Source of the DNA: Octopus sinensis
Taxonomy: Eukaryota
Direction of reading: 5' to 3'
Length of the DNA: 64,000 bases
Assembly (NCBI RefSeq): GCF_006345805.1
Contig: NC_043013.1
Location: forward strand, 5,828,001-5,892,000
Shown one piece after another: positions 49,029 through 61,140 of this stretch; position 1 is the first letter of the stretch, and each line of letters opens with the position of its first letter. The notes below the pieces were generated by a model. That model was not told the DNA's origin and searched no databases. It saw only the letters and a program-made list of their open reading frames with translations. Both the position numbers and the translations under genes were made by a program.

Positions 49029-51434
49029 CGTCCACTTTTCCATTTCTACAGTCAGATGCCCTTCTTACTCCATTGCTAGGCATATTTTACACAAATCAGT
49101 AATGACCAACATTGCTTTACAGCCATCACATGATGTCAAAACAAGGCTAGACACACACACGATGGGCTTCTTCCAGTTTCCTTCTGCTAAATCCATTCAC
49201 AAGGCTTTGGTTGACCTGGGGCTATGGCAGAAGTCACTTGCCCATAGTGCTTCACAGTGGAACTGAACCTGAGACAACACAGCTTGTGCCTATTTATATT
49301 TTAAAAAAATACCAATTACTGCGTCTATTAATTATACCAATTAATACCAATTACTGCGTCAGGAAGAAATTCCACTAACCCATATTAACCCACTGTCCTC
49401 GTTTGAGGACACTTGTATTTGGTTTATTTACTGCAATAAAGGTTAACTAGATGCTTCAGTATGTTTGTTATACCTATCTTCAAAATTTCAACAGGGTTAA
49501 CCTGGGTAAAAATGGGTTAAACATTTGTCTGGTATGCTAATGATTGGCTAGCTTGCTGCCTTAGTAATAATACCAATGTTTAGTGATAAGCGTCCAACAG
49601 ATCATAATGTATGTGCTAACTTACCAACAGAATGATAAGCAGAATTAAAATTTAATGATTTCACATTTTAGCACGAAGCCAATTGCTGAAAATCAACATC
49701 AATATATTACTGGTACTCTTCTTATCTATTTTTCTTTTACTATGAAGGCATGAAAAGGATAATTAATTAAGACAAGATGTGAACATGGAAACAAAGGGGA
49801 CAAAACCAAACTGTTATATTGTATCAGTATTTAGCATAACAGGACTACTAGCAATAAGGGTTTATTACAAAAAGGAAAGGGTTTAGGTGCTTAGAGAAGA
49901 GGAAATGAAATGAAGTGACATTAATGGCTTTCTTGAGGGCATAAGCAAAATCAAGTGAATATGGCAACAACTAAAGGATAGAAACTGGATTTCAGAATTT
50001 GCTTACCCTGAGTTTATTTGTATTTCATATAAATTCACACAACAACAAACACAAAATCAACAACAGAAAAAAGTTATAAACAATAATAGGAATAAAAAAT
50101 ATTATTCTGCTTCTAAAAAAAAATCTCAACAAGCACTTGTCACTTATCAGATATTTTTTGAAAATATGTTTAAAATATAAGTGTTGTTTTTATTGTTTAT
50201 TTCCATTTTATTTCTTTTATTTACTTTTAAATAGAAGCCATTGTACTGGGTTTAAGTATTTTATTTCCAACAACTATAACTAGACCTTTAAACACCCACC
50301 ACCTGCCACAGTGTCTCCTTGGCATTTACCTTTCCCACCTACCCCCAAAAAGGGGTGAAGCACTACTACTCTGGTTAAGAACACCTGATGTATATAATAA
50401 ATCTATAACTATGGAAAGACATTGTAGACATGAATTATTTATTAGATAAACTGTGGAATGAAGCTGAAAGCATAATCTTCAATTATTCATAAGGTAATTG
50501 ACTAATGAACTATAGAACAAAATCAAAGGCATAACAATATATTATTTGTAAGAACTGATAAATATTTAAATTAAATACAAGAGATTTATTCTGATTTCAG
50601 TTGTTTGATGGTAGCCATAATCATGTATTCATTTTAGCATGAATTAAACTTTTATGAACCCTGTCTCCTCTTTTTTTAAAACAGTCTCCAGAATTTAGGT
50701 TTTCACAAAGATTCAGAATCAGAAAAATTTCTTTTGTTTAAATCAGAAACCGATAAAGGTTGGATAATTTATAGTCGTGCTATGTTTTTTTGTTGTTGTT
50801 TATAGTTGTAATACTGTTTCTTATATCTAAATACATTTTGTTAGCCTTTGAAGTGTATAAATATATTTTGTTTACACTTGGAAGCATTAAGTGGTTTCAC
50901 ATTTTTTTCTGAAAATAAAAAAAAAAAGCGGTGTTGTTTCAGTTTCAATTTATTAAAGTGAAAATGGAATTACAAATGCAGACAAAATATATATTTACAT
51001 ACTTCAAATGCAAACAAAAATATTATATACACACACACACATATATATATAGACATATATACACACACATACAAAAAAAAAGCACTGAAGCTATAAATCC
51101 TCAAATCAAAATCAGATTCTGATTAAAAAAAAAAGAAAATTATATTGAGAAAATAAGAAGTGTAAAATAAAATTTTGTTTTTGCAAATTCAAACTATAAA
51201 CCATACAAATCTGAAGAAAGGCATAATAAAAAAAAGTTATAGGAACATTAAAAAGATACATGCTGAAACAAGTGCCTGGCCATGCTGGGGCATAATCTTG
51301 CAGGTTTAAGTCATTCATATCAGCCCCAATATGTATTAAAGTCTGGTACTAACTTTATCAACCTCTATTTGTTGAGCTACTAAGTTGCAAGACAAACAAT
51401 AGCTCCAGTCTCTAAGCAGTGTAAGTCTATCCAG

Positions 51435-51493
<59 letters not shown>

Positions 51494-52739
51494 TCAATGG
51501 GCTCCTGTCTACTAATTGTCAATCTGAGGTTATAGCGGAAGATACCAGCCAAACAGCCATATAAATGTGTTTATTATTGGTATATTTGAGAATCCACAGC
51601 CCTGTGGGGCAGCTACTGTTGTCTGCTCTCTTGGACTGTAGGTTCAACTTTAGCTATATGCATTTTTCTGATATAGAAATATGTAGCACAGAGTATTAAG
51701 ACTTATTAAAGCTTCACCAACAAGGTTGTATTGTAGCAGAGTAATATTATAGATAGTGTCTTCAATTTCTTCTCTTAGTTAAAATTGCTTATTTTTGTTT
51801 TTATGTAAAGCTAAAAATAACAGCCAACAGCTCCCAAGTAGAAGAGACGAGAAGCATATAACAAAACGTATCATTTTCAAAGATGTTCCTTCCTAACACT
51901 CCATTTTCAACACTTTGGAGAATCAAATGTTTCAGAAAGAATACGGCCTCAAATGAAATTATGTGATTTCAAGGTTTCCTTAAACTTCTAAAAGTTGTCG
52001 TTTTCAAAGTAATGGTGCAATTTCAATAGGTATAGTTGGCAATAATTCTTTCTAATTTTGTCAAAAAGCCTGCAATTTTGAGGGGAGGGGTAGGTTGATG
52101 ACATCAATCTCAGTACTTGACTAGTACATGTTTTACTGACCCCCTAAAGGCTGAAAGGCAAAGCTAACTTGGTCACTGATTTGAATTCAGCATATAAAGA
52201 GTCTGCAGAAACATTCCTCAGCATTTTTCTGATAATGGGACCAAAAAAAAAACTCACTAGAATAAATTCTAACATAGGCACAAGATTGTTGTGATCATCA
52301 GATGTTCATCTTTGCCATGCAAGCATGGTTTGAATGGGTTTTCTATAGCACAGCACCTTATCGTTTATCATGGCCCTTATCTCTTTTGTGACATTCAGCA
52401 TTATCACTTCTTTCCGTGCTTTGTGCAAGTTCTTACTACTTAAATTGCTTATCAGTTTTTTTTTTTGCATTCAGCTGTTATATTACGTATGCATCACATG
52501 TCTATACCAGCTCAGTCTTCTCTTTTTCTCACCGCAACATATTCTTCTGATACCCAGTTTTACTCAGTTCAGCTCATTTGTGCTCCATCGTTCATTTGTA
52601 CCAACATCATACATCCAGTGCAGCATGCACTATAATAATTAATCCTTACCAACGACACAAATTCATGTAATTTAGGAGAAGGTGTAATTAATTGAATGGA
52701 CCTCAGGACAAGACAAGTCCACCTTGTGTACACTTGCCT

Positions 52740-53050
52740 TCATGATACGCTCAAAGCCTCACTGAAGAACTTTGAGAGCAATCCCAACAGCTGGGAAATG
52801 CAAGCAGAAGGCTGCCCTGCCTGGCAAAGCTGCACCAACAGAGATGTCACCTCCTATGAACAGAACAGGATAGCAAGGGCACAAAGAAAATGTGAATTGG
52901 GTAAGTCCAGAGTCAACTCATTACCTTCAGTCCCAGCAGACTACCAGTACACATCACACTGATTGGGCACAGCCAGACACACTGAATTCCATCTTCTCCC
53001 ATATAATATCCTTGGTCAGTGTCGACAACGATGGATGGACTAACTAACAA
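52740..53050 (+). pseudogene. 3' fragment of a second RTE-clade LINE
   Basis: DTLKASLKNF...SWE...AW...SYEQNRIARAQRK...KSR then LIGHSQTH*, typical of RTE (BovB-like) C-termini. Confidence 0.75.
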
Positions 53051-53179
53051 GACTAGTATCTTACTTTTTGTGGTTGAGTGGCAAAGGTGATCCAGACATG
53101 ATTTGCATTCAGGGCATAATTAAATATGGGGAGTCAGTTAGTCTAGCTCAGTTTCCATCAGTCACAAATTTCCCAACTG

Positions 53180-54460
53180 TTAATAAATAATAATAACAAT
53201 AACAATCCTTTCTACTATAGGCACATGGCCTGAAATTTTGGGGGAGGGGACCAGTCACTTACACCAACCCCAGTGCTCAACTGGTACTTTATTGACCCTG
53301 AAAAGGATTGAAAGGCAAAATTGACCTTCATGGGGCTCCAATTGAGAATGTAAAAATGGATGAAATGCAGCTAAGTATTCTGTCTGGCATACTGATGATT
53401 CAGCTAGCTTACTGCCTGAATAATAATAATAATCCTTTCTACTATAGACACAAGGTCTGAAATTTTGGGGGAGAGGACTATCGACCCCAGGGTTTCACTG
53501 GTACTTAATTTATCAACCCCAAAAGGATGAAAGGCAAAGTCAACCTTGGCAGAATATAATCTTTGAAAACATAAAGTCAGAAATTTTGAGGGGAAGGGAT
53601 TATTTGATACTATCAATCCCAGTACTTGACTGTTTGTTTATTTTATTGACCTTGGAGGGATAAAAGGTAAAGTTGGTCCCGGCGAGATTTGAACTTAGAA
53701 CATTCTTTTCTACTCTAGACACAAGGCCTCCTTTCGGGGAGGAAATTTTGGGGAAGGGGGCTAGATGATTAGATCGACCCCAGTACACAACTCGTACTTA
53801 ATTTATCGACCCCAAAAAGATGAAAGGCAATGTTGAACTCAGCGGAATTTGAACTCAGAACATAAAGAGACAAAAATCCTGCTAAGCATTTCACATGGTG
53901 TGCTAACGTCTCTGCCAGCTCACCACTTTAGAACATTAAGAGCCAAAATAAATGCCACTAAAAATTTTGTCTGATGTACTTATGATTCTGCCAGCTCATT
54001 GCCATAATAATAATAATAATAATAATAATAATCCTTTCTAAAATAGGCACAAGGCCTGAAATTTTGTGGGGAGGGGGCTAGTTGATCCCCTGACCCACTT
54101 CTTAAGTGGTACTTACTTTATCTATCCTGAAAAGATGGATGAAATGCCACTAAGCATTTTGTCTGATGTGCTAATAGTTCTGCCAGCTTGTAATAATAAT
54201 AATAATAAATAATAATAATAATAATGATAATAATAATGATAATAATAATAATAATAATGATAATAATAATAATAATTTCAAATTTTGGCACAAGGCCAGC
54301 AATTTCAAAGGAGGAGGTAAGTCAATTATATTGGGCCTCCAGTGTTCAACTGGTACTTATTTTATCAAACCCAAAAGGATGAAAGGCAATGTTGACCTCG
54401 GCAGAATTTGAATGCAGAATGTAAAGACGAATAATAATAATAATAATAATGATAATAAAA
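53180..54460 (-). mobile_element. Cluster of SINE family C copies with (AAT)n spacers
   Basis: About six partial or nested units carrying family-C motifs. Confidence 0.85.
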
Positions 54461-54536
54461 ATGAATGAAATTCACTAAAGCTGTGATAAGCCCCGGGAGA
54501 GACGGAAGCAATGAAGGGAAAAAGGAAAAAACTCAC

Positions 54537-54598
54537 CGATATGATCTCTGCTTGCCTGTCTTCATGCTGTGGCAGTGGTAGGTTCTTCCCAAACTACA
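54537..54598 (-). CDS. Candidate internal exon of the same unidentified minus-strand gene
   Basis: Acceptor TCCTCTTATCCTTTCTGCAG (alternative TAG 5 nt downstream) and consensus donor G|GTGAGT. Open as CSLGRTYHCHSMKTGKQRSY (62 nt) or FGKNLPLPQHEDRQAEIIS (57 nt). Confidence 0.55.
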
Positions 54599-55819
54599 CT
54601 GCAGAAAGGATAAGAGGAGGACCCTTTCTTAGAGAAACCCAACACACAATTACTTTATTTATTTTTTGTTTGTTTGATATTCAGTCTTAGATTTGTTTTG
54701 AAATGAAAATTTCTAAATTTATTTGAAATGAAAACTTCTAAAATTATTTTGTAAAAAAAAAAAAAAAAAAAAAGAAAAAAAAGGGAGGGAAAACAACCCC
54801 AGTTAAAAAAAAAAGGCATAAAAATCTTTGGGGGAAACATACCAATTCAAAAGCTATTTTCATCTAAAGATGTGGGGAAGTAAAGATTTAAGGGAATTGG
54901 TTAAATAGTTGGTGAAAAAATAAAAAATAGACAGATGTGATAATCTGTTGATTAACTCTTTGGTTTTCAGATTACTGTCAAATGTAATCCTTACTTATTC
55001 ACATTGTTTAAAATTAGTCAGGCATTATCTTGTAGCTTTGGGATTTCATTGATGCGGTATATTTTTACAATGATATTGTTGGGTAGGTGTGAGAGGCGGG
55101 ATATGACTGGTTTAAATGCTAATGGGTTTGATAAGTTGAGTTAAATCTCTGGTTTAGGGGCGCAGTTTGGGGATAAAAAAAAAAAAGGTTCACTGTCTCA
55201 GAAGAGATTGATAAAGGTTTAGTGATGAGCGGATATGAGGTAAATTTACCCTTCAGTAAGATGCCAATTTAGATTACTATGTCAAAGGTAATGCTTTGAA
55301 TTAGTCATGATCAAGAGGGTTATCATCAATATTTGCTTGTAACTTGATTTTTTTTTTTGTGTGCAAATTTCAAATTTTCTCAGCAGGTGTATAAATATCA
55401 ATGATTGACAATTATGTATTTACAATAAAATTATGGATTATACATTGGTGCTGTATTTAATTGACCATGTTGCAATATTTTGAATGCCACTGTGAAGAAC
55501 TTCATGACTTTTGCTATCAAAATACTTGTTCTTGTTGGACAAATTCAGAAACATCTATCTCTGATTCCTCCGAAGACAAATGTTTTCTTTCTCGTTTATA
55601 TTTTCTGAGTCTTCAAGTGTAATCCTTCCAAAGTCACAATTGCTACTTGCTGAAGAAGGCATATTGGTCATTAAAAAAGAAATTAAATGTCCACTTCAAA
55701 TGTAGATAATTCTAATAGTATTTACAATAGAGGCAGAAAGGGCTTTATCTTGCATTAATTTGAAGCTCTAATATTTTGATGACTTGCATCTTTATTTTGA
55801 GAATGATATCATTGGGTAT

Positions 55820-56124
55820 GGAGGTGCAATGGCCCAGTGGTTAGGGCAGCAGACTCGCGGTCGAAGGATCGTGGTTTCGATTCCTAGGCCGGGCGTTGTG
55901 TGTGTTTATTGAGCAAAAACACCTAAAGCTCCACAAGGCTCCGGCAGGGGGTGGTGGCGACCCCTGTTGTACTCTTTCGCCCCAACTTTCTCTCACTCTT
56001 TCTTCCTGTTTCTTGAGTAACGCTGCGATAGACTGGCGTCCTGTCCAGCTGGGGGGAACACATACGCCACAGAAACCGGGCTCATGAGCCTGGCTAGGCT
56101 TGAAAAGGGCGCAGAAATAAATAA
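55820..56124 (+). mobile_element. Distinct CpG-rich tRNA-derived SINE with 12-bp TSD
   Basis: TGGCCCAGTGG A box, GGTTTCGATTCC B box and (AAAT)n tail. ATCATTGGGTAT at 55808-55819 and ATCATAGGGTAT at 56125-56136. Confidence 0.88.
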
Positions 56125-56504
56125 ATCATAGGGTATATATGAGAAACTGGATCTGGCTAGTTTGAACATACAATGGGTAGAATATTTGGGCTGGATACTA
56201 AAGGGTTAAAGCAGGCAGGTAGCATATCAAAGATCTAAGGTTTCTATTTTCAGCAGTTCAGTGAATTAATCACTGTTTAAAAGCTTAGCTCAGAGATATC
56301 ATGCAACACTTGCAATATATCTGCTCTTAAGATTCACACATTGGCAAGTTAAATAACACCTCATCTTCATCACCCCTACTGAGGATTCAGTGCTATATAT
56401 ATATATATTATATATATATATATGAACTAAATGACACAGGAAGAGGTAAAATAGATACTCTAGCCTATCCACTTGGTTACTGTATTCCCCAAGAATAATA
56501 TTGT

Positions 56505-56688
56505 TTCTAATATAGGCACAATACATGAAATTAGTGGGATGAGGTCAGTCAGTACAACTGACCTCAGTACTTTGATGGGTACTTTATTTTATTGACCTAG
56601 AAAGGATGAAATTGGTGGGAGTTAAACTCAGAACATAAAAACAGCCAACAAGGCTTTTTCCCTGATGCTCCAATCTACCAACCAACCC

Positions 56689-56732
<44 letters not shown>

Positions 56733-56960
56733 TGATGATGATGATGTTTCAAATGTTGGCACAAAGCAAGGAATCTTTTAGGGAGAGGGTGTTAGCTGAT
56801 TACAATGATCCCATACTTGACTGGTACTATATTTTATCAACCCTAAAGGATGAAAGGCAAAGTTGACCTCAGCGGGATTTGATCTCAGAGCATAAAGAGC
56901 TGGAAGACATGCTGCTAAGCATTTTGTCTGACACTCAAACAATTCTGCCAATCCACAACC
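56505..56960 (-). mobile_element. Diverged SINE family C copies
   Basis: GGATGAAAGGCAAAGTTGACCTC and related motifs. Confidence 0.7.
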
Positions 56961-57131
56961 AAATAATAAATAATAATAATAATAATAATAATGAAAATAG
57001 TAATAATAATAATAATAATTTGCTATATAGGCAAAGTTGATAATATATTGTAATGTCAAAAATATGATTAAATATAAATATACCTTTAGTGTACATGAAG
57101 GTGCATATTTGTATATGTATGCATGTTTACC

Positions 57132-57166
<35 letters not shown>

Positions 57167-57900
57167 GAAAGATATAAAAATGAAATAAAAGCACAATTAA
57201 TATATAAACACACACAAATAAAGGATCTGAGGTTCAGAGTGCTCCAAAACCCTAATCACCTCCTTATATGGATAAAATACCTACTTTCTATAAATTTCAA
57301 GTGAAACTGATCACAGCTGACTCTTTCACTTACATTGATCCTGTTACACTCATCTAGCTTTCATAAAATTTATTGCAAGACATATCTTCTCTCTTTATCC
57401 TCACATCCCACTTCAGGTAATACTTGAAAAAAACTCCCCAAAACCCAACTTCAGTTTTTTCATTCTGGTTCTCTGTATGACCCACCATCAGAGAGAGGAC
57501 ATCTCCTAAACATCCTTGGTAAAGGGGAGTGGGGAAACAGGAGGGTGTGATCTTTACAATGTACCTGGTTGACACCTAAGCAACTTCTCACACTGTCTCC
57601 TTTGCATCTTAGACTTTCCTGCAGAAATTTATCTTAAACTGGTAATGCTCCTCCATCCAGTACTACAATGTCAAAGAACTTCAAAAAGCTCAACCCTGAA
57701 AGCCATCTTGGTAACATTATATCTATCTATCTATCTATCTCTCTATCATATATTAATGTGTTTTTATGTAATGGTTTATATAGAAACTATTAAATATTAA
57801 ACTTAAGGATTACTCAATACTTTGTGGTGGAGTACATATTTATTAACTTTCACAAAGAAAAAGGTGACAGTGACTTTGAAGTTCTAACTTGCTTTCCTTG

Positions 57901-57944
57901 ACAGTCTAATGAAAGTGAATAAGACAAAACTTCAAAGTCACTGT
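57901..57944 (+). ncRNA. Decayed minimal hammerhead-like motif
   Basis: ACAGT-CTAATGA-AAGTGAATAAGAC-AAAA-CTTCAAAG-TC-ACTGT: stem I is perfect and the triplet is GUC, but both core boxes carry G-to-A changes. Its 3' part is mirrored at 57867-57883. Confidence 0.5.
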
Positions 57945-57945
57945 T

Positions 57946-57987
<42 letters not shown>

Positions 57988-58590
57988 TTAGAGATAAAAT
58001 ATATATAGATATATATATTTATACTGTAAAATTAGATTTAATCCTAAATCTAATTTTTCCCTGTAAGTTTGGATTTACTCCCTAATATTATTATTATTAT
58101 TATATATATATATGTGTATATTAAAGACCATGTGTCAAAGACGAAGGAAAAGAATTGAGGAAACGAACTGCCGACAACATCAATAGGAGAGGAGAAACTG
58201 AACAAAACCTGGTACAAAGTAGAGGAGACCATTGAACCCCAGTGCAGACAACCTCTCTAAAGCCAGTGGCAAGATATAATAAAATGCCCCCAGTGCATAT
58301 GAAGTGGTTGATGATAGGAAGGGTATTTAGTTGTAAAATCCATGCCTGAAAATATGCCATACCAACAAAGACAGGCAATTTTCTTTGTTGTGAGATGTTG
58401 TGAGATTCATCTAATCCTTGCTAAAATGGAAAACTGGTCATACAACAATGATGGAGAGATGATGAGAGATCGCTATTAATTATTTTTTAATAAGCCTACT
58501 GGCTATGTGCGACATCTGTGCCTAAATAGACACTGGGATTCTATACATAGCACTGACAGAGGAATTGCTGTTATCTCTAGCCTTGGGCAT

Positions 58591-58637
58591 CTACCATTGA
58601 CAAGGCCAAAGAAGGCCGAAACCACATGATCTGTAAG
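58591..58637 (+). ncRNA. Decayed hammerhead-like motif
   Basis: CTACCA-TTGACAA-GGCC(AAAGAA)GGCC-GAAA-CCACATGA-TC-TGTAAG. Confidence 0.45.
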
Positions 58638-59868
58638 TCTTGACAGCAATAGCAGACAATTATCTCCTAGCAATATGAACATGTGTGCTTATATGCACCA
58701 CAGGTCCATATGAGAGGTTCTCTCATGGGGAATAATGCAGTATACTTGTTCTAACATGACATCCACTTAAGTGGGGATAAAAATTACTTTTTGGTATTTA
58801 TACTGCTTGTCACTAATTATTTTGTGTGTGCATGACGTGCACACACACACACACAGAAACGTATTCTTCACCAACAAAGAAATAGTCAGATTTATTGTCG
58901 AAGTGAAACTGGGTTCAAAAACCCTGAAGCTTAGAGGAATTGGGGGGAAAAGGAAAACTCAACAGAATAAAAAAATGTTAAGTTAATACAAACAATAATC
59001 AAAGCATTAGAGATGAAATAAAAAAAAATACCCCAATGTAATTACTTTATGACAATCAAATGTATCTACTGGACTGTAACATTAAAAATATACATCTCTG
59101 GTTGGTACACTAAAAGCTGAATATTAAGCCTGAAGATACTCTTTTGCTGGTTCCAGGCAGGGTGCTGAGGTCAAGCTGGGGCACCGCCATCATGAACACA
59201 TGGTTTGAATACGGTGGTGGTTAATTAGAGCTTGTGAAAAAAATGACAAAGAAAGCTGAAACTGAAAGATTTTTTTTTTATCATCATAACAGAAAACCAC
59301 AACCATCTCACTCCCAAAATCATAAATGAAATAAGATACAAAACATAACTGCACAATAGATAGAGACTTTGAAAAGGCTAATGATTACAGGACTTTTGAC
59401 TAAAACATTATATTATGAAGTTGGGAGTTCTGTGTACAAGAGACTCTTTTAGAAACTTCTTACAGAAAAAATCTGGTACAGGCAGATTGGTGTTAGGAAG
59501 GGCATCCAGCTGTAGAAGCCATACCAAATCAAAGATTGGGTGTGGTCCTCTGGCTCACAGGCTCCTCTTGCAACAACCAACTCATGACAGCATGGAAAAC
59601 AGACATTAAATGCTGATGATGACAAGGATGATGACATTGTGCAAACAATATCGGAAAAGAACAACAAAGTGACGACGATACAATAATCTTTTCATGCATA
59701 CAGAAACAAAGATGACATAATTAGAAATAATCCTGACGAGCCATGAGACAAATACTGCTACTAAGAACAACACCATGCTCAACAGATGAAATTTTGAACC
59801 TGATGTGGTCTATCAATTGGAGGGTTCAGATAATCACAATGCCATTCAACAAGTTACATGAGAGCTTC

Positions 59869-60340
59869 TTTAACCCTTTTGATACCAACCTACCCAAGAC
59901 TACCCCTAAAGCACTATGTTAATGATGACAAAGTTATTTTACTAAATTCTGTAATATTTTCAAAATCAACTGAAACATAAGTAGTCTATTTCAACAGAAA
60001 TATGATAGCAAAAGGGTTAAAGTGATCTAAATTGAAACCATCCATCAAAATTCCCTGCTAATTTATGTCCCAAACACCAGTTTAATAATGACAAAGTTAT
60101 TTTATTAAATTCTTTAATATTTTCTAAATCAATTGAAACATAAAAGAGTTATTTCAACAGAAATATAGTAATAAGACGGTTAAAGTGATTTGAATTAGAA
60201 CCATCCATCAAAATTTCCTGCTAATTTATGTTCCAAATGCCATATCAATAATGACTAAGTTATTTTACTAAATTCTTCAATATTTTCACAATTAATTGAA
60301 ACAAAGGCAATGTATTTCAACAGGAATATGGCAATAAAAA
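59869..60340. repeat. TTAA-MITE-derived tandem repeat, ~163-bp period, three units
   Basis: GGTTAAAGTGAT occurs at ~60015 and ~60178; ATGAC.AAGTTATTTTA.TAAATTCT occurs three times. Confidence 0.8.
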
Positions 60341-60811
60341 GACCAAAGGATTTTTGGCCTTAGAAGAGCAAATCATCAAAGAAGGTACATACATCTGTCA
60401 TTAACAAGAATGTCATTTCTGGAAACTTCTACCATTCTTCTCTGAGTAACCCTAGCTTTAGGTCTAGCAGAAACATGTCACTTACTGATCAAATCTTAAT
60501 GATTTCCAACAGGAAGCTGTCATCTAAATAGTCAACAGCCTTCATCCCATCTCTGTTAATGAGGCTCAGTGCAGCAGGACCCAGGGTCTTACAATAACTT
60601 TTGTGTACATAATATTTACACTGGCAACTCATTGTGCAGTTACTTGTGTGTGAGTGAGTGAAGTTCAATTGTGCTTGAGGCATATTCGAGCCTGTAAGGG
60701 GGCCAACTGGGTCTGCCTCAAACATACGTCAGGCATATTTGAGTTGGTAACAAATTTGTATTTATACACAACACTGCTTAGTGCTGTCACTCCATATATA
60801 TATATATATAT

Positions 60812-61105
60812 CGTGCTGGTGGCACGTAAAAGCACCATCCGTTCGTGTCCGTTGCCAGCCTTGCCTGGCCCCCGTGCTGATGGCACGTAAAAGCACCATC
60901 CGTTTGTGTCCGTTGCCAGCTCTGTCTAGCATCTATGCGGGTGGCATGTAAAAAGCATCCACTACACTCACGGAGTGGTTGGCGTTAGGAAGGGCATCCA
61001 GCTGTAGAAATACTGCCAGATCTGACTGGGCCTGATGCAGCCTTCCAGCTTCACAGACCCCAGTTGAACCGTCCAACCCATGCTAGCATGGAAAACGGAA
61101 GCTAA

Positions 61106-61140
<35 letters not shown>
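60812..61140 (+). mobile_element. RTE 3'-tail copy within (TA)n
   Basis: Family tail with ~61-bp subrepeats, a (GAT)n end and TA tracts on both sides. Confidence 0.92.

Noticed and set aside
55820-55895. tRNA gene (also heads at 412, 18465 and 23225-23293)
   Set aside because: A and B boxes are present but no convincing acceptor stem; each continues into a SINE body, with TSDs in two cases.
57330-57700. Possible LINE coding remnants (also ~17780-18000, 19250-19590 and 62020-62230)
   Set aside because: Only faint peptide resemblance with many stops; not assignable by eye.
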